Shown here: positions 36,181 through 48,098 of the stretch, piece after piece | Layout: each line of letters begins with the position of its first letter | How positions within the stretch are numbered: the stretch's first letter is position 1 | Assembly: GCA_964106645.2 (NCBI GenBank) | Contig: OZ067043.1 | DNA from: Podarcis pityusensis | Taxonomy: Eukaryota | Strand: one strand, 5' to 3' | Length of the DNA stretch: 64,000 bases | Notes under the pieces: generated by a model | What the model saw: only the letters and a program-made list of their open reading frames with translations | Told to the model about the DNA's origin: nothing | Database searches by the model: none | Translations under genes and position numbers: made by a program

Positions 36181-37059
36181 GTGAATCCCAGCCTCCCGGC
36201 CTAAAAAACCAGAAATTTGAGGTATCCTCATATATTGGTTGGTGAGGTGGGAGGTGAAGAAAAAGAACTATTAACTCAGAGATGGAGAACCTATATTATT
36301 ATAACTCCCATCATTCATGGTTGTTGCCTAGGCTGGCATTAGAGTTGGAGTTCAACATGTGGAGAGCCACAGGTTCTAGTGGAATTAGTACACAAAGATG
36401 AAAACAAGAGAAGATAATGACTGCAAAAACAAGGATACCGTTCAATGAAGAAATAATCAATAGCAATGGAGGAGGAAGATCAAGAAGAATAACAGATGAA
36501 GGAAAATTAGTTTAATTAGTTAAAGAAAGTAAAATAATTTGTTGACTGGTAAAATTACACAAAATAAAATTGTAACACAGCAAAACAACACTACAATCAG
36601 GCAATTTAGAAGAAACTGGATTATATTTAGGCCAACAAGGAAGAATCAAGAGTAGATTGTTGCACTTTTTTGTTAACTGGAGAAACCAAAAGCAGGCCTT
36701 TCCCTCCTGATTAGGTTGTTCTTGAACTAGAAATGGTTTTATTACTCTCTGCTGCTTATTTTCATTAAGTTTTTACTGTTGCAGTGTTTTTATGAATTTT
36801 ATGTGCTTTTAATTCATGTTTTATTTCTTTTGAAAGCCACTATAGGAGCTGTGCTGAGAAGCAAGCGGGTGAGGAGGTAATCCTAAAATTTAAAAAAAAT
36901 TAAAGGAATATCCCAGCACCACCTGAAGTTTTGAATACAATCCGGAGTATATATTGCTTTAAGCCAAGCTTTATGTTCACCTCGCTATGAAAATAGCTTT
37001 GACTTCATTATTTCTTTTGTTGCATATTATTTTCAAATAATTTATCAAGCTTAGCAAGT

Positions 37060-37142
37060 TGAGATACTTGTATTGCAGGGGGCTGGACTAGATGACCCTC
37101 TGGGTCAACTTCCAACTCTACAATTCTATTGTATGATTCTAT
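37060..37142 (+). mobile_element. CR1-type 3' tail
   Basis: ttgcagggggctggactagatgaccct...cttccaactctacaattct...tatgattctat. Confidence 0.8.
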
Positions 37143-37382
37143 CATTTCACAACAGTGTGAAATCCAGCCACACTACCATAATAATTGTGCGGAAAGCAGG
37201 AGCCACAGAGATTTGTGAATTTGTGACAGAATCCACTGGGTAACACTGATCACAATGGCGTCCAACTGTACAACCCAATGATATTCTTAGGTCAACAATG
37301 TGTTATTGGAGGTTATCTCCAAATAAAAGGGAAAGCGGTTTGCACTCTGAACGCAAGTGACCAATTCGCCATATTTTAAATA

Positions 37383-37737
37383 CAGTGGTACCTCGCAAGA
37401 CGAATGCCTCGCAAGACAAAAAACTCGCTAGACGAAAGGGTTTTTTGTTTTTTGAGCTGCTTCGCAAGACGATTTTCCCTATGGGCTTGCTTCGCAAGAC
37501 GGAAACGTCTTGCAAGTTTGTTTCCTTTTTCTTAACACGGTTAATACAGTTGCGACTTGACTTCGAGGAGCAACTCATAGAACGCGGTGTGGTAGCCTTT
37601 TTTGAGGTTTTTAAAGACTTTGGTGATTTTTTAAGCTTTTCCAAAACTTTCCCGACACCGTGCTTCGCAAGACGAAAAAAATCGCAAGACGACAAAACTC
37701 GCGGAACGAATTAATTTCGTCTTGCGAGGCACCACTG
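37383..37737. mobile_element. Complete Tc1/mariner-superfamily (Tigger/pogo-like) MITE, 355 bp
   Basis: TIRs cagtggtacctcgcaagacgaa / ttcgtcttgcgaggcaccactg; TA duplication at 37381-37382 and 37738-37739; many internal cgcaagac repeats; CpG-rich. Confidence 0.92.
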
Positions 37738-39394
37738 TAGCTCCACATTTCATATTCTTTTGATTTCAAATGTTTGATGCTCATGGCAAAATGGCTGCAT
37801 CTTTCTGAAAAATAACTGAATTCCAGCCCTACCATATGTACCTTCTTCTCAGCTGCTCTGGTGGGTGTGACCATAGTGTAGCCAAATAGCTAAACAGGGA
37901 AACAATAGCATTTTATTTTCTTCAAGGAATAATACTGATAGGAAATGGTTAATCTAATGAGGATCTGGCAATGCATATGTCTAATACCATTAGTGCTAAG
38001 ACACTCAGTAGTGGCATAGCCACCAAAGGGAGGAGTTTGGATTACATTTATTTTTTAACACCCCCCCCCCCACACACCCAAGTGTTATTTGGTCATATAT
38101 CATTTAGCTACTAATATTTTTTCTAGATTTTTTTTTCTTTCAGCCTGGATGGTTTTAGTAACCTTAATTAGAGGGGATATAAAGAAAAACACATGAGCAT
38201 CCCTTTAACAAATACCATAGATCTGTGTATTATTTGTTATTGTCACTTAACTAAATTAAAGTTTCCCCCCTATTATGCAGCTCAACACAAAGCTATTAAA
38301 AATAGTTGCCATTATCGGGAAAGCGAATACACAGGTCACAATCACACATGTGGCTACATTTATATATTTCAGGTGCAATTTTGCCACAATAGATCATGTT
38401 TTAGGGGGAAATGGTGGGCTTTCCATAATTTTTCAAGCACAGCCGAAGAAGATTGTGAGAACACCAACATGCAGCAATCCTCACCCCGTTGCATGGGCCC
38501 AATGAGGAATTAACAACATAAACTTTGCAAGAGGAATATGCTCCATTATTATATTTTTGTTGTGTGCTACACATTCCATAAGGAGAAAATGCATTCAAAT
38601 TTTAATCTGATATAATTTTCAGATGCTAATGGAAAATTATACTACTAATACTTTATTGGAGAAATTCTAGAATCCTTCATAAAAGCATACAGGGTTGCAT
38701 TCAAGAGACTTCTGTACTTTAGTAGGAAACACAACTAAGATTAAAGAGGTATTTTCTACACCAGAAGATAGCATCATCTCCCCCCTACTTAAGAACTCCA
38801 CAGTTAATCATGACAACATTAGCAGTAGGTGAGATGAATATTAAAAACCACCAGGCCCTTGCATTGCTTTCCCAAGGATTAATGTTTTGCTCTCAAACCA
38901 CATACACGACACCAGGAATGCAAACACATTTTAGAGTCCTAAAATGACAGGCAACTAAGAAGGAAAATATAGAAGTCTGTGGTTTGTCGTGCCTCTGCCT
39001 CCAGGTTTAGATCTTAAAGAGGAACCAGCAGCAAACAGAAGGCATTAATGGAATTCAGCTGATCATACCTTAATTACCACTCAGCTAATAATAGATACCC
39101 ATAAGAATAAGGGAAATCCCAACATGTTGATCAAAGCTACAAGGTTGTCCATGCTGGGAGAGGGATTCTATGAAATAAGGTTGCTCTGCTGCTAAAAGCA
39201 TAAATTTCGCTTACTTGAATCAATTACAACCTTATTCTTAAGAACTCAAGATATTCTACCTGCATGGTGTTTCCTTCAGCTCAGACCAACACAGTGATAC
39301 CAAAATGATGGGACAGGACTATCTGTTGGCTGAGTGTGGGGTGTCCACAGTAGATATTCGGAATGACACCAGACTTAGTGCCATGGAACTAGAC

Positions 39395-39530
39395 CAGCCT
39401 TCTCAACCCGGTGCCCTCAAGATATTTTTCACTACAACTCCTATCATCTCTAACCATTTGCCATGCTGACTGCAACTGATGGGAGTTGGTAGTCCAAAAT
39501 CCCTGACGGGCACGAGTTTGGGGAAGTCTG
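39395..39530. mobile_element. hAT-type palindromic MITE
   Basis: Termini cagccttctcaac / tttggggaagtctg; internal actacaactcc ... gggagttggtagt inverted arms; CTAG-centred flanks. Confidence 0.75.
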
Positions 39531-40050
39531 CTCTAGATCAAGAAGAAAAGCTCTTAACAAAATCAACATTCCATTTTAAAAGTTTGGGAAACCAATTGAT
39601 GAGTTGCATCTAAATCTTCAACAGGCAAGCCAACAAATGACAGGACTGAATCATTACAATTTCTTGTTGGGACCTCATGACTTTGTTCTCCTTCTCAGAG
39701 CAAAGTTGTTTTTCCACCTCAGGCTGTCTAGTGAAGATTCCTAATTTTGGAGGAAAGAAGGTGATACAAAGTAATGGCGTCGGGAGTTATTTTGCCTCCA
39801 TCTGCTCACTTTAAGAATCTAGGAGATAATGAGAAGCTTTGCAAGTCTCAGGCACCTTGTCACAAACATCTTTCAAGGTGGCAGACAAATTTTTATTTAA
39901 TAAAGCTAACTTTCAAAGTAACAGTCACATGACAGGATAGGAAATCAGGGGTCTTGCTACAGCACGCTGTCCTAGAAGATGAATGAACACAAAGCATAAC
40001 CACCAACCTTTTCATTCATAGTATTTATTGCCCTTCCATACAGGCTGCTG

Positions 40051-40434
40051 AGGACGTGGGTGGCGCTGTGGTTTACACTGAGCCTCTTGGGCTTGCTGAT
40101 CAGAAGGTCGGCGGTTCGAATCCCCACGATGGGGTGAGCTCCCGTTGTTTGGTCCCAGATCCTGCCAACCTAGCAGTTCGAAAGCACGTCAAAGTGCAAG
40201 TAGATAAATAGGAACCACTCCAGCGGGAAGGTAAACAGCATTTTGGTGTGCTGCTTTGGTTTCGGTGTTCTGTTGCGCCAGAAGCGGCTTAGTCATGCTA
40301 GTCACATGACCCGGAAAAACTGTCTGCGGACAAACGCCGGCTCCCTTGGCCTGTAAAGAGAGATGAGCGCCACAACCCCAGAGTCGTCTGTGACTGGACT
40401 TAACTGTCAGGGGTCCTTTACCTTTACCTTTTTT
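40051..40434 (+). mobile_element. Sauria SINE, full length, longer variant, with 12-bp target-site duplication
   Basis: Head ggacgtgggtggcgctgtgg, B-box ggttcgaatccc, tail tttacctttacctt; TSD tacaggctgctg at 40039-40050 and 40435-40446. Confidence 0.96.
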
Positions 40435-40976
40435 TACAGGCTGCTGTAAAGATGATTAAGCTAAGGAAATGAAATGAGCAGTAATTTGAAATGCACAGTA
40501 TTCCTAAGTGTTATTATAGAAAAAGGCACAGAAAGGGCACTTTGAAAAACCCCAAGAACAGATAGATTGAGAAGGGTACTTCAAAGGTAGCAAGAAGCTG
40601 GGTTAGAACAGGTGCTTGAATGAAACTATTTTACTAGCAGATCACCTGCTGAAAGTGGTATGTGTGAGTCCCAAGCAGATCCATTCTGCTGAATTTATTA
40701 AGCACAACTGGGACTTGACTTTAGAAGCTATTCAGCTCACCCAACAAACAGAAGCAAGTGCATTGTCAAGAGGACACCAGAAAGATTTATAATTTCACAT
40801 TTGCCTATAAATAGGAATTAGGTTGAAGGGGGAAAATACTTCTGCAGCTGATTAAAGATGGGAAAACATTTTAATCTACGTATATTGTTGTGTTTTTTTT
40901 TAGAAGCCACTTGAAAGTCAATACACATGTTTAAAGGAGTCTTGCAATAATAAACATCTAAAGTTATGGAGTGTGA

Positions 40977-40979
40977 GTA

Positions 40980-41022
<43 letters not shown>

Positions 41023-41072
41023 GTATGAGTGTCTGTCTATCTATCTATCTATCTATATCTATCTATCTATCT
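40977..41072. repeat. Compound microsatellite (GTGTAT)n-(CTAT)n
   Basis: Direct reading. Confidence 0.95.
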
Positions 41073-41149
41073 CAACTGTATTAATTTTACTTAAATAATA
41101 CAAGTTTATACAATATCCTGATATGTTATTGTAAGGGCCCAGCATTCAA

Positions 41150-41320
41150 ACAAAGAAAGCTGTTTTACACTGTCAGGCCATTGGTGCATTTGGTCACTAC
41201 TGCCTACTACACTGAGTGGCAGCAGTGCGCCTGAATTTCAGGTGGTCAACATTCCCGGCCGTACCTGAAGATGCTGAGGTTTCAACCTGGGACTTTCTGC
41301 ATGTGAAGCATGTGCCATTG
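41150..41320 (-). mobile_element. tRNA-head / CR1-tail squamate SINE (Squam3-like), decayed
   Basis: aagctg...gtcaggccattggt...cactgagtggcagcag...acctgaagatgc...aacctgggactttctgcatg pattern. Confidence 0.65.
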
Positions 41321-44300
41321 ATAATAAGCATTATTTTTTTTAAAAAGGGGCAGATTGAGAAAAAACACGGTAACTACTATTACTGATCCACTAATGTACT
41401 GCAGTACCTTACGAGTAAACAATATCATGATGTCTACTGATTCCCGTTAGCTGACTGGTTTTATTCAGGTACTGCTAAACATACAGCTTATTTTGTTTAG
41501 AGACTAAGAAATGGTTTAATGACTCCAATGTAGTGTTGACATCCATAGCCTCCTCACAAAACACCCATTAGAAGTGTTCTGAAACCTCAGAAAGCAGTGC
41601 TTCCAAAGCCAATAATCAAAAAGGCTCATCTTTCAAGCCACACTGCCTTCACAGAGCAACCTGCTTTCAGGCCAGAGGGGTGGTTTTCCTAACTCCCAGT
41701 GCTGTGCAGATGTCTCCGATTGGGCTCTAATTCAACATTTGTTGTCGGCAGCAATCCAAGTAAGCCAGGGCCAATTAAAAAACTGCATTTGTATGGCGAC
41801 ACTTCATGCAGGCAGCCACAACCTTCTGAGGTTCGCTCCCAGGTGCATGGAGAATCTCCATAGTGAAGGCAAGTGAAGGCAATGGCGATACCCCTCATAA
41901 TACCAAAGGGCTGTCCCTGCTCCCCACCATTTTCAGTATTCTAAGCAGCCATGCATAAGTGAACCAAAGTGCTACAACAGTCCTGCCCCCCCCCCTTTTG
42001 TGACCCTGCTACATTCTGGGATACCACCTGGAAATTTATTTGCAAGGCTGCGGAACACCCTTTGTGGCAACTCCCAAGGAGAGATTTGAAAAACTGGAGC
42101 GAATGTGTGACATCTTGGTAAATAAAAATGATTATGTCCCCCCCACCACCACCACTTGGTCTGAAAGACCCCAAAGCCTAGAATGGAAGGCTTTTGTGCT
42201 CCATTGTAAGTTTGGGGAAACAGCCATCCCTCCTTCCTGTCAGAATTGTTAAGCAGGGAATTATCTACAGCCACTGTGGTAAGAAAGGAAATCCTGCCAA
42301 ATGAAGATGGTGAAGATGTGTCTGTCAACAGCACTTCCAAAAGTGTTTACATAGGAGAGGCTGGAAGCGTATAGCCCAACAATATTTTCAATTTCAGCTG
42401 CGTTTTCTTGTTTCTCCCCTGTTAAGATACTGCAACAAATTTTCAAGTGTTAAATAGCAAGGACTGGCATTTCATTCTATGGTGAGGTGAGTCCATCAGA
42501 CCCCAAAAGGCTAAAGTAGCAGAAACAAAATTGAAATAATCATACAGTGTTTACAGCCCCCAAACAAAATTATTCTCTGCACATCAGTTCCTTAAACTAG
42601 ATCAAGCCAGTCACCATTAGAAAACAACCTATGTGAAACTTGATTTCTAAAGACGGGCCGCTTGAAAATTACAAGCAAGAACACACACTTAGAATTAATG
42701 TCCAAGCTGAATATCATTTCCATAGAAGAAATCATGTGAATTTCATTCAGGTATGATACACACTTGTTCCATTTCAGTTTGTATACATGTGGCAGGAAGC
42801 ATCAATTTCTGGCATGTTCCCAGGGTGACTAACAACTGTGCACACATCATGTGTAACTGCATGTACCTCCCTGAATGTCATTTCCGGCAGGGGCGTGATC
42901 TGTATCCATGTAGGGGATCAGGCTTATGCAATTCAGCTCTTAATCTTACCTTTCCCCCCACATTAATTTCGTTTCTGCTTTACCAACAGGATTATAAACT
43001 AGTAAACAAATGTAGCTAGTTAGCATGGGAAAATGCAGGGAGTCAAAGCTCAATAAAATGCAAAAGTGCTGAGGAACACCATCATCGGCTGGCTCCCAAG
43101 GTCTCAATGCATTAGGGGGCAGTGTAGGAACACAAACTTGATAGTGCTTTGTTATGGTGCATCCCTCACTAACTGCTGATGCATAGCTAAAACAGCAACA
43201 GACATTGATTTATGTTCAACTTTCCATTTCATCAGAGAGATTTTTCAAAATGCTACACACAGAGTTCAAAAATCAGCAGGAAAATACACGGCCACCAAGT
43301 GTACAGCAATAGCCGTACACAAAGAGCCTGAAAGAACACATAAGGTAACTGAGCATTGCTAGAAAACTCAAAGCACATATAGAATCTCATTTTCCAATCC
43401 TCGCCACTCTCTCCAGAGCAGGGTTAGGCAACTAGATAAGAGTCTGGACCCTTCAGTGCATCTTACACCATAATGTAAAAGACAACACATGCCCATCTTT
43501 AACTGCTGCAAAGCCTGCCTTATCTCTGGAGGAGGTGCTGGCTGGTTTATAAGGAAGGCCCAGTATCAGCAGCTGGCACTGTCGGGCATTTGCTAGGGTC
43601 CATGGGCTGGCAAGCAGTCCATGGCTGATGGCTGACAAAACCCTGAAGTGGCCGCTATTGCAGGGAGGAAGCGGAGCAGTTGGCCATCTAGCAGCCCACC
43701 CTGTTCTTCTGGGGAAATTGGGGGGGGGGGGCGCGAGAAAGTGGCCAGTACTTGGTGGCTGTTACACTCCCTTCTCCTTCACTACCAGCCCGTTCACCTG
43801 CCTTTTCTAGCTGGGGTCAAAGAGAAAGAAGAGAAATAGCCTCCACTATCAACACACAGGCTAACAGGGCTGGGGAGGCTCCACCATATACTGAAACCCT
43901 CCGTTTGTGAATTTGGAAAACTAAACTAAAGGTGATAAAAAGTTGAACTGTTTGTTATATTTCTGTCTCTTGGGCATTTTGATTTGCAAATGTTTTGAAG
44001 CCAAAGGGTGCAGCTTCTGACTTCTTTTATTTAAAAAATGGGTTTTCTTTGTGATCTCCCCCCCCCCCCCGAAACTGCAAAGGGAAACATAGATAGTTAT
44101 AGCTGTATTCTCCGTCACTGGTCTGCAGACCCGCTTGACCTCAGGCCAGACACGAGAGCAGGCATTGTCAGCGGAGCAGTTGCTCTTTTGTCCTGCCTTA
44201 GTTACAAATACAGAAGTTCAAGCAATATCCTTCGTAACCTGGAAAGGACCACATTGGCACGGTGTGCATGTCATGTTAAACCAAGGTTTGCTCTTGGCTT

Positions 44301-46500
44301 ATCACTTCCTGTATGTTTGTTTGGAGAGAAACAATTCACAAGCCTGGGTTCACAATGAGTCACATTTTGGGGCAGCACAGCAGCAGCGGAGGAGGAGGAG
44401 GAGGAATTAAGCACCCATGATCTCAGGAGCATGTACCAGCACACTGCTCATTTACATTAAACTATAGTTTACTTTAACTAAAGTTTAATACAGGGTTCCC
44501 AATGTGGTGCCCATGGGCTTCTGTGTGTCTGCAGAGGACTTCCATGGTGCTGAAATCATGTCATCATCTCTGCGCAGATGAAAGCAGGCTCAAAAGTGTG
44601 TCTGGTTGAACCCTGAATTTAGTTTTATACCTTCTAAATCTTACTGCTGATTTTTTTATTTGTACTATGTATCTCTGCCCCAGCACATTCAGACAGAGGG
44701 GCAGATTATAAATACCTTTAGTGAATTTATATATATCCCAAATCAAAATGGCCAATACTGTGCCATCTAATTGATTTACTGCTTAAAGGTTCAGCACAGT
44801 GTCAGCTTGTTGAACTGTTAAGTTTGGAATACTTGCCCCAAAACAAACAAAAATCCTCTGAAAAACATTGATAAAAGAGGATTCTTTCTATCAAACAGAC
44901 TGAAATAAAAATCTACGTATGTTGTACCCAAGGCATACAAAACTTGAATTGCTGGCAGATGTTCCCATCTCACATCTTCTTTCACTTATTTCCACCAATA
45001 TAAAAAACTCGCTTAAGCCTCTTTTAGTATCTCAGAACCAAGAGATTCTCTTTTTCCAAGTACGCACATGTCCTACAAATATATTATTCATTTTTTTAAA
45101 AAATTAATACAGCAGGCTAACAAGCCCCATCCACAGAATTAGTAGTTTTAGCATCGTAATCCAGATCATATAACTTTGATAAAAGTATTCATCGCTCAAT
45201 AATTTTTTTCTTGCACACAGTCACTAACTCAAATAAGGTAAAACATACTTCCAGACTACAACCAATATTCATAACTTTTTAGAAAATATTCTTGCTGATA
45301 TGTAGCTCTGAAATACTAAAATGAACATCACTACCAATGACACTGGTAATCAATTAAACTTATGGCTTAATATTCACGTGTCCCTTTTTAATTGACCATT
45401 GCCACTCATTAGGAAGAGGTATCCTAGTGTTCATGAATTTAAGAAGGTGCTATCCTTCATGGTTACAGAGATTAAAATGAATACATACTAGTCACAATAT
45501 GCCAGGTTACAAGAAATAAAACGGCAACAAACTAAACTTGCTACTTATTAGATCTTATGAATTCTATTGCTTTAAAAATATTTTTAATGAGTTGCCAGAA
45601 GTTTATAAATATTGGGGATTAGCAGTTGCAAACTTAGATAATGTAAGTGCTGGAAATCCTGTGCCTATGTGTAACAACAAAACAACAGAAAACCACCACC
45701 ACCATCAATGTGTGGCTTATATTAACTGCATCCTGCAGCTCCCAATGTATCCGACATGGCCCTTGAAGGAAGCACAATTAGCCCAGCCATAACATAACAC
45801 AGAGAGGAGGCATTTTGAAGAATTAAAACCTGTTAAAAATCCTGATTGCTTGAAAATCACTGTTAAACCCCGTTCTCTTGTTTCAACCATAAATGTCCTT
45901 CACCTTAGGTGTTGCTCACAAAACTATTACTTGGAAATCACATAAGGCTAAAGGGAAACTTTGCTAAAAGAAGGGAAATTTCAAGGGGAAATGAACTCAA
46001 CTCCAATAGGCAGATATTGAGATACTGAGTTTCTCTCTCATTGCCATGACAGGCTGGATGGGTTTCTGCCTGTGGCGAGAGCTTAAGCTGGTTTTGTTAA
46101 AAGATTTCAGTGATGGCAGTTGGAAAAAATCAAGTGGTTAACCAGAAGGAAAAGAAGAAGAATCCAAATCCTGAATGTTCTGAATTACACACAAGCCTGT
46201 CATGACCATGACCAACAAATAAATAATTTTTTTAAAAGCAGATTTGGAAAATACTGAATTGTAAAAAAACAAAACACAAAATGAATCTTGCTTTCCAGAC
46301 CAGAAAAAGCTAACACATACACACTGCAAAAACAAAGGTTAAGGGAAACCAAGCAGAATATTACAGCTAATTGGGTACTTCTGGCAGTTTTGTTTAAAAA
46401 GTGTCTCTGAGACTATGATGCATCTGTAAACTACTTAAGAATCCATTCATGCTCATGCATGCAGCAAACAGCAGCAAAAGTCAGGAGAGCCAATTCTTAC

Positions 46501-46590
46501 CTGAAAGAAACCTGGAGGAATGGGTCCCCCTGGCATTCCATCATTTGGAGGAATGTTTCCAAGTACTGGACTTGGTGCTGCAGCTGCACT
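46501..46590 (-). CDS. SSBP3: SSBP3 coding exon (equivalent to human exon 5), [30 protein letters not shown], 90 nt, phase 0/0
   Basis: Acceptor ttttttttgttttgtacag, donor CAG|gtaag; translation matches the remembered SSBP3 segment following the LUFS domain. Confidence 0.97.
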
Positions 46591-47954
46591 CTGTACAAAA
46601 CAAAAAAAATATACGTATAGATAAACAGCACTGATTTCAGGTCAGCTGAAAAGGAAGTCAACACACATCTCACGGCTCCATCAATTAGCACATAACCAAT
46701 AACCAATACCATCATCATCAAGCCTACCCAAAGGAAATCAAACACTTCGCATTGTAAGAATGTGCCATTAAGAGTAATAGAATGCCAATGGCTGCCGTTC
46801 AGATTAATGTGCAACTGGGAGTCTGGTTCCCAGTAACTGCAGCAGGTTTCAAAGCTAAGCCACCATACTGAAATTCCCAAAGCATACCCACAGTCAATGG
46901 AGGTGGCAAACTCCTATGTTTTGAGTGGAGGGTGTGCACAAGCACAATCTGATACCTCTGTTACAACATCTGGGGTCTTCTTCAGTGTAAAACATGGTTA
47001 TTCATCCAATAAATAATGAGTTATCAGCCATCCCACTCGTTCTTGTTATAATTAAAAAACTTCATAAATATAAATGCCAGTTGCCAACATCATGAGAAGT
47101 GTCTAGACGTCTGCTTGAACATGTGAATGTGTATCTGTGGACTGGGGCACATATGAAAGTCCCATCCGCACTGTCCCAGTGCGGGCTGTCCTGTCCACTC
47201 AGCTCCTAGCCTCTCCTGTGCTGATGTTCTCATGTGCTCATGTTCAAGCAAATATGAGTAAAAGCCCCTGCAGACATTTCCTGCTCTGGAAAAATATACT
47301 AACCACCACAATCTCATCTAAATGTATCAAAAGCTGGAAATGTTCATTTCTGCTTCATAAAACATGGGATTTTGCAGTGAATATTTAAAGCAGAGCAAAA
47401 AAAAAAAGTGTTATGTCTTGGGTTTTTATTAATTATTTTTATTGGAGTTTTAAGATATGCTTTCATTGTACAGTATAACAATGCAAACAGCAAGTATTCC
47501 TATTCAGAAGCACAATTTTAAAAATAAAGAAACCAGATTTAGAATAAATACAAATCAAAATAACATAAATTGTTTTCCAGATATGTATATTGGCAGGTGA
47601 TCAATATATAAAATCAAACTGTTAATAAAACATTCACAATGATAAAAAAATATGGGGGGGGGGAGAATAAATAAGGTTTAAATCAACCAGATCCATTTGT
47701 ACGCTGGCAATGGGCACTGCCCATGTTATTTAATATTTGTATTAACTACAAAATCATACCAAACAGAAATAAATTTATCTAGCTTATTCTGGCCTTTCAA
47801 AACACTTAGTTTGCAAGTCCATTTTTCCAGTAAAACTATATCCCATATTATGTGGGACCAGTACTTTATGGTGGCCTCTCCAGTGTCAAGCTATGGGTGC
47901 CATCTAATTGTTAACTTCATACCTCTTCCTTCCTCCCAAAGCAGCACAGAGAAG

Positions 47955-48098
47955 GCTTTTTGCTTCAAAATCACCCTACAAGGTAGGTTCTGAGGTATGC
48001 CCAAGGCCACCCAGAAAGCTTCATAGCTGAGCAGGGAATATGAATCCGAGTTTCCCACATCCAAAGCCAACATTCTAGCCACTTCACCACACTCTGGC
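47955..48098 (-). mobile_element. MIR-like SINE fragment
   Basis: caccctacaaggtaggtt...gcccaaggccacccagaaagcttcatagctgagcaggga...gaatcc. Confidence 0.65.

Noticed and set aside
37303-37714. Overlapping ORFs that might be a transposase, and spaced cgcaagacg repeats that superficially resemble a CRISPR array
   Set aside because: They lie in a 355-bp non-autonomous MITE; no DDE motifs; repeats are short, irregularly spaced and in a vertebrate genome
40051-40140. tRNA-like sequence with B-box (also at 63115 and 34800-34879)
   Set aside because: These are tRNA-derived SINE heads, not tRNA genes
47420-47700. Possible decayed L1 3' end
   Set aside because: Only AT-rich composition suggests it; no clear ORF2 motif or TSD could be read
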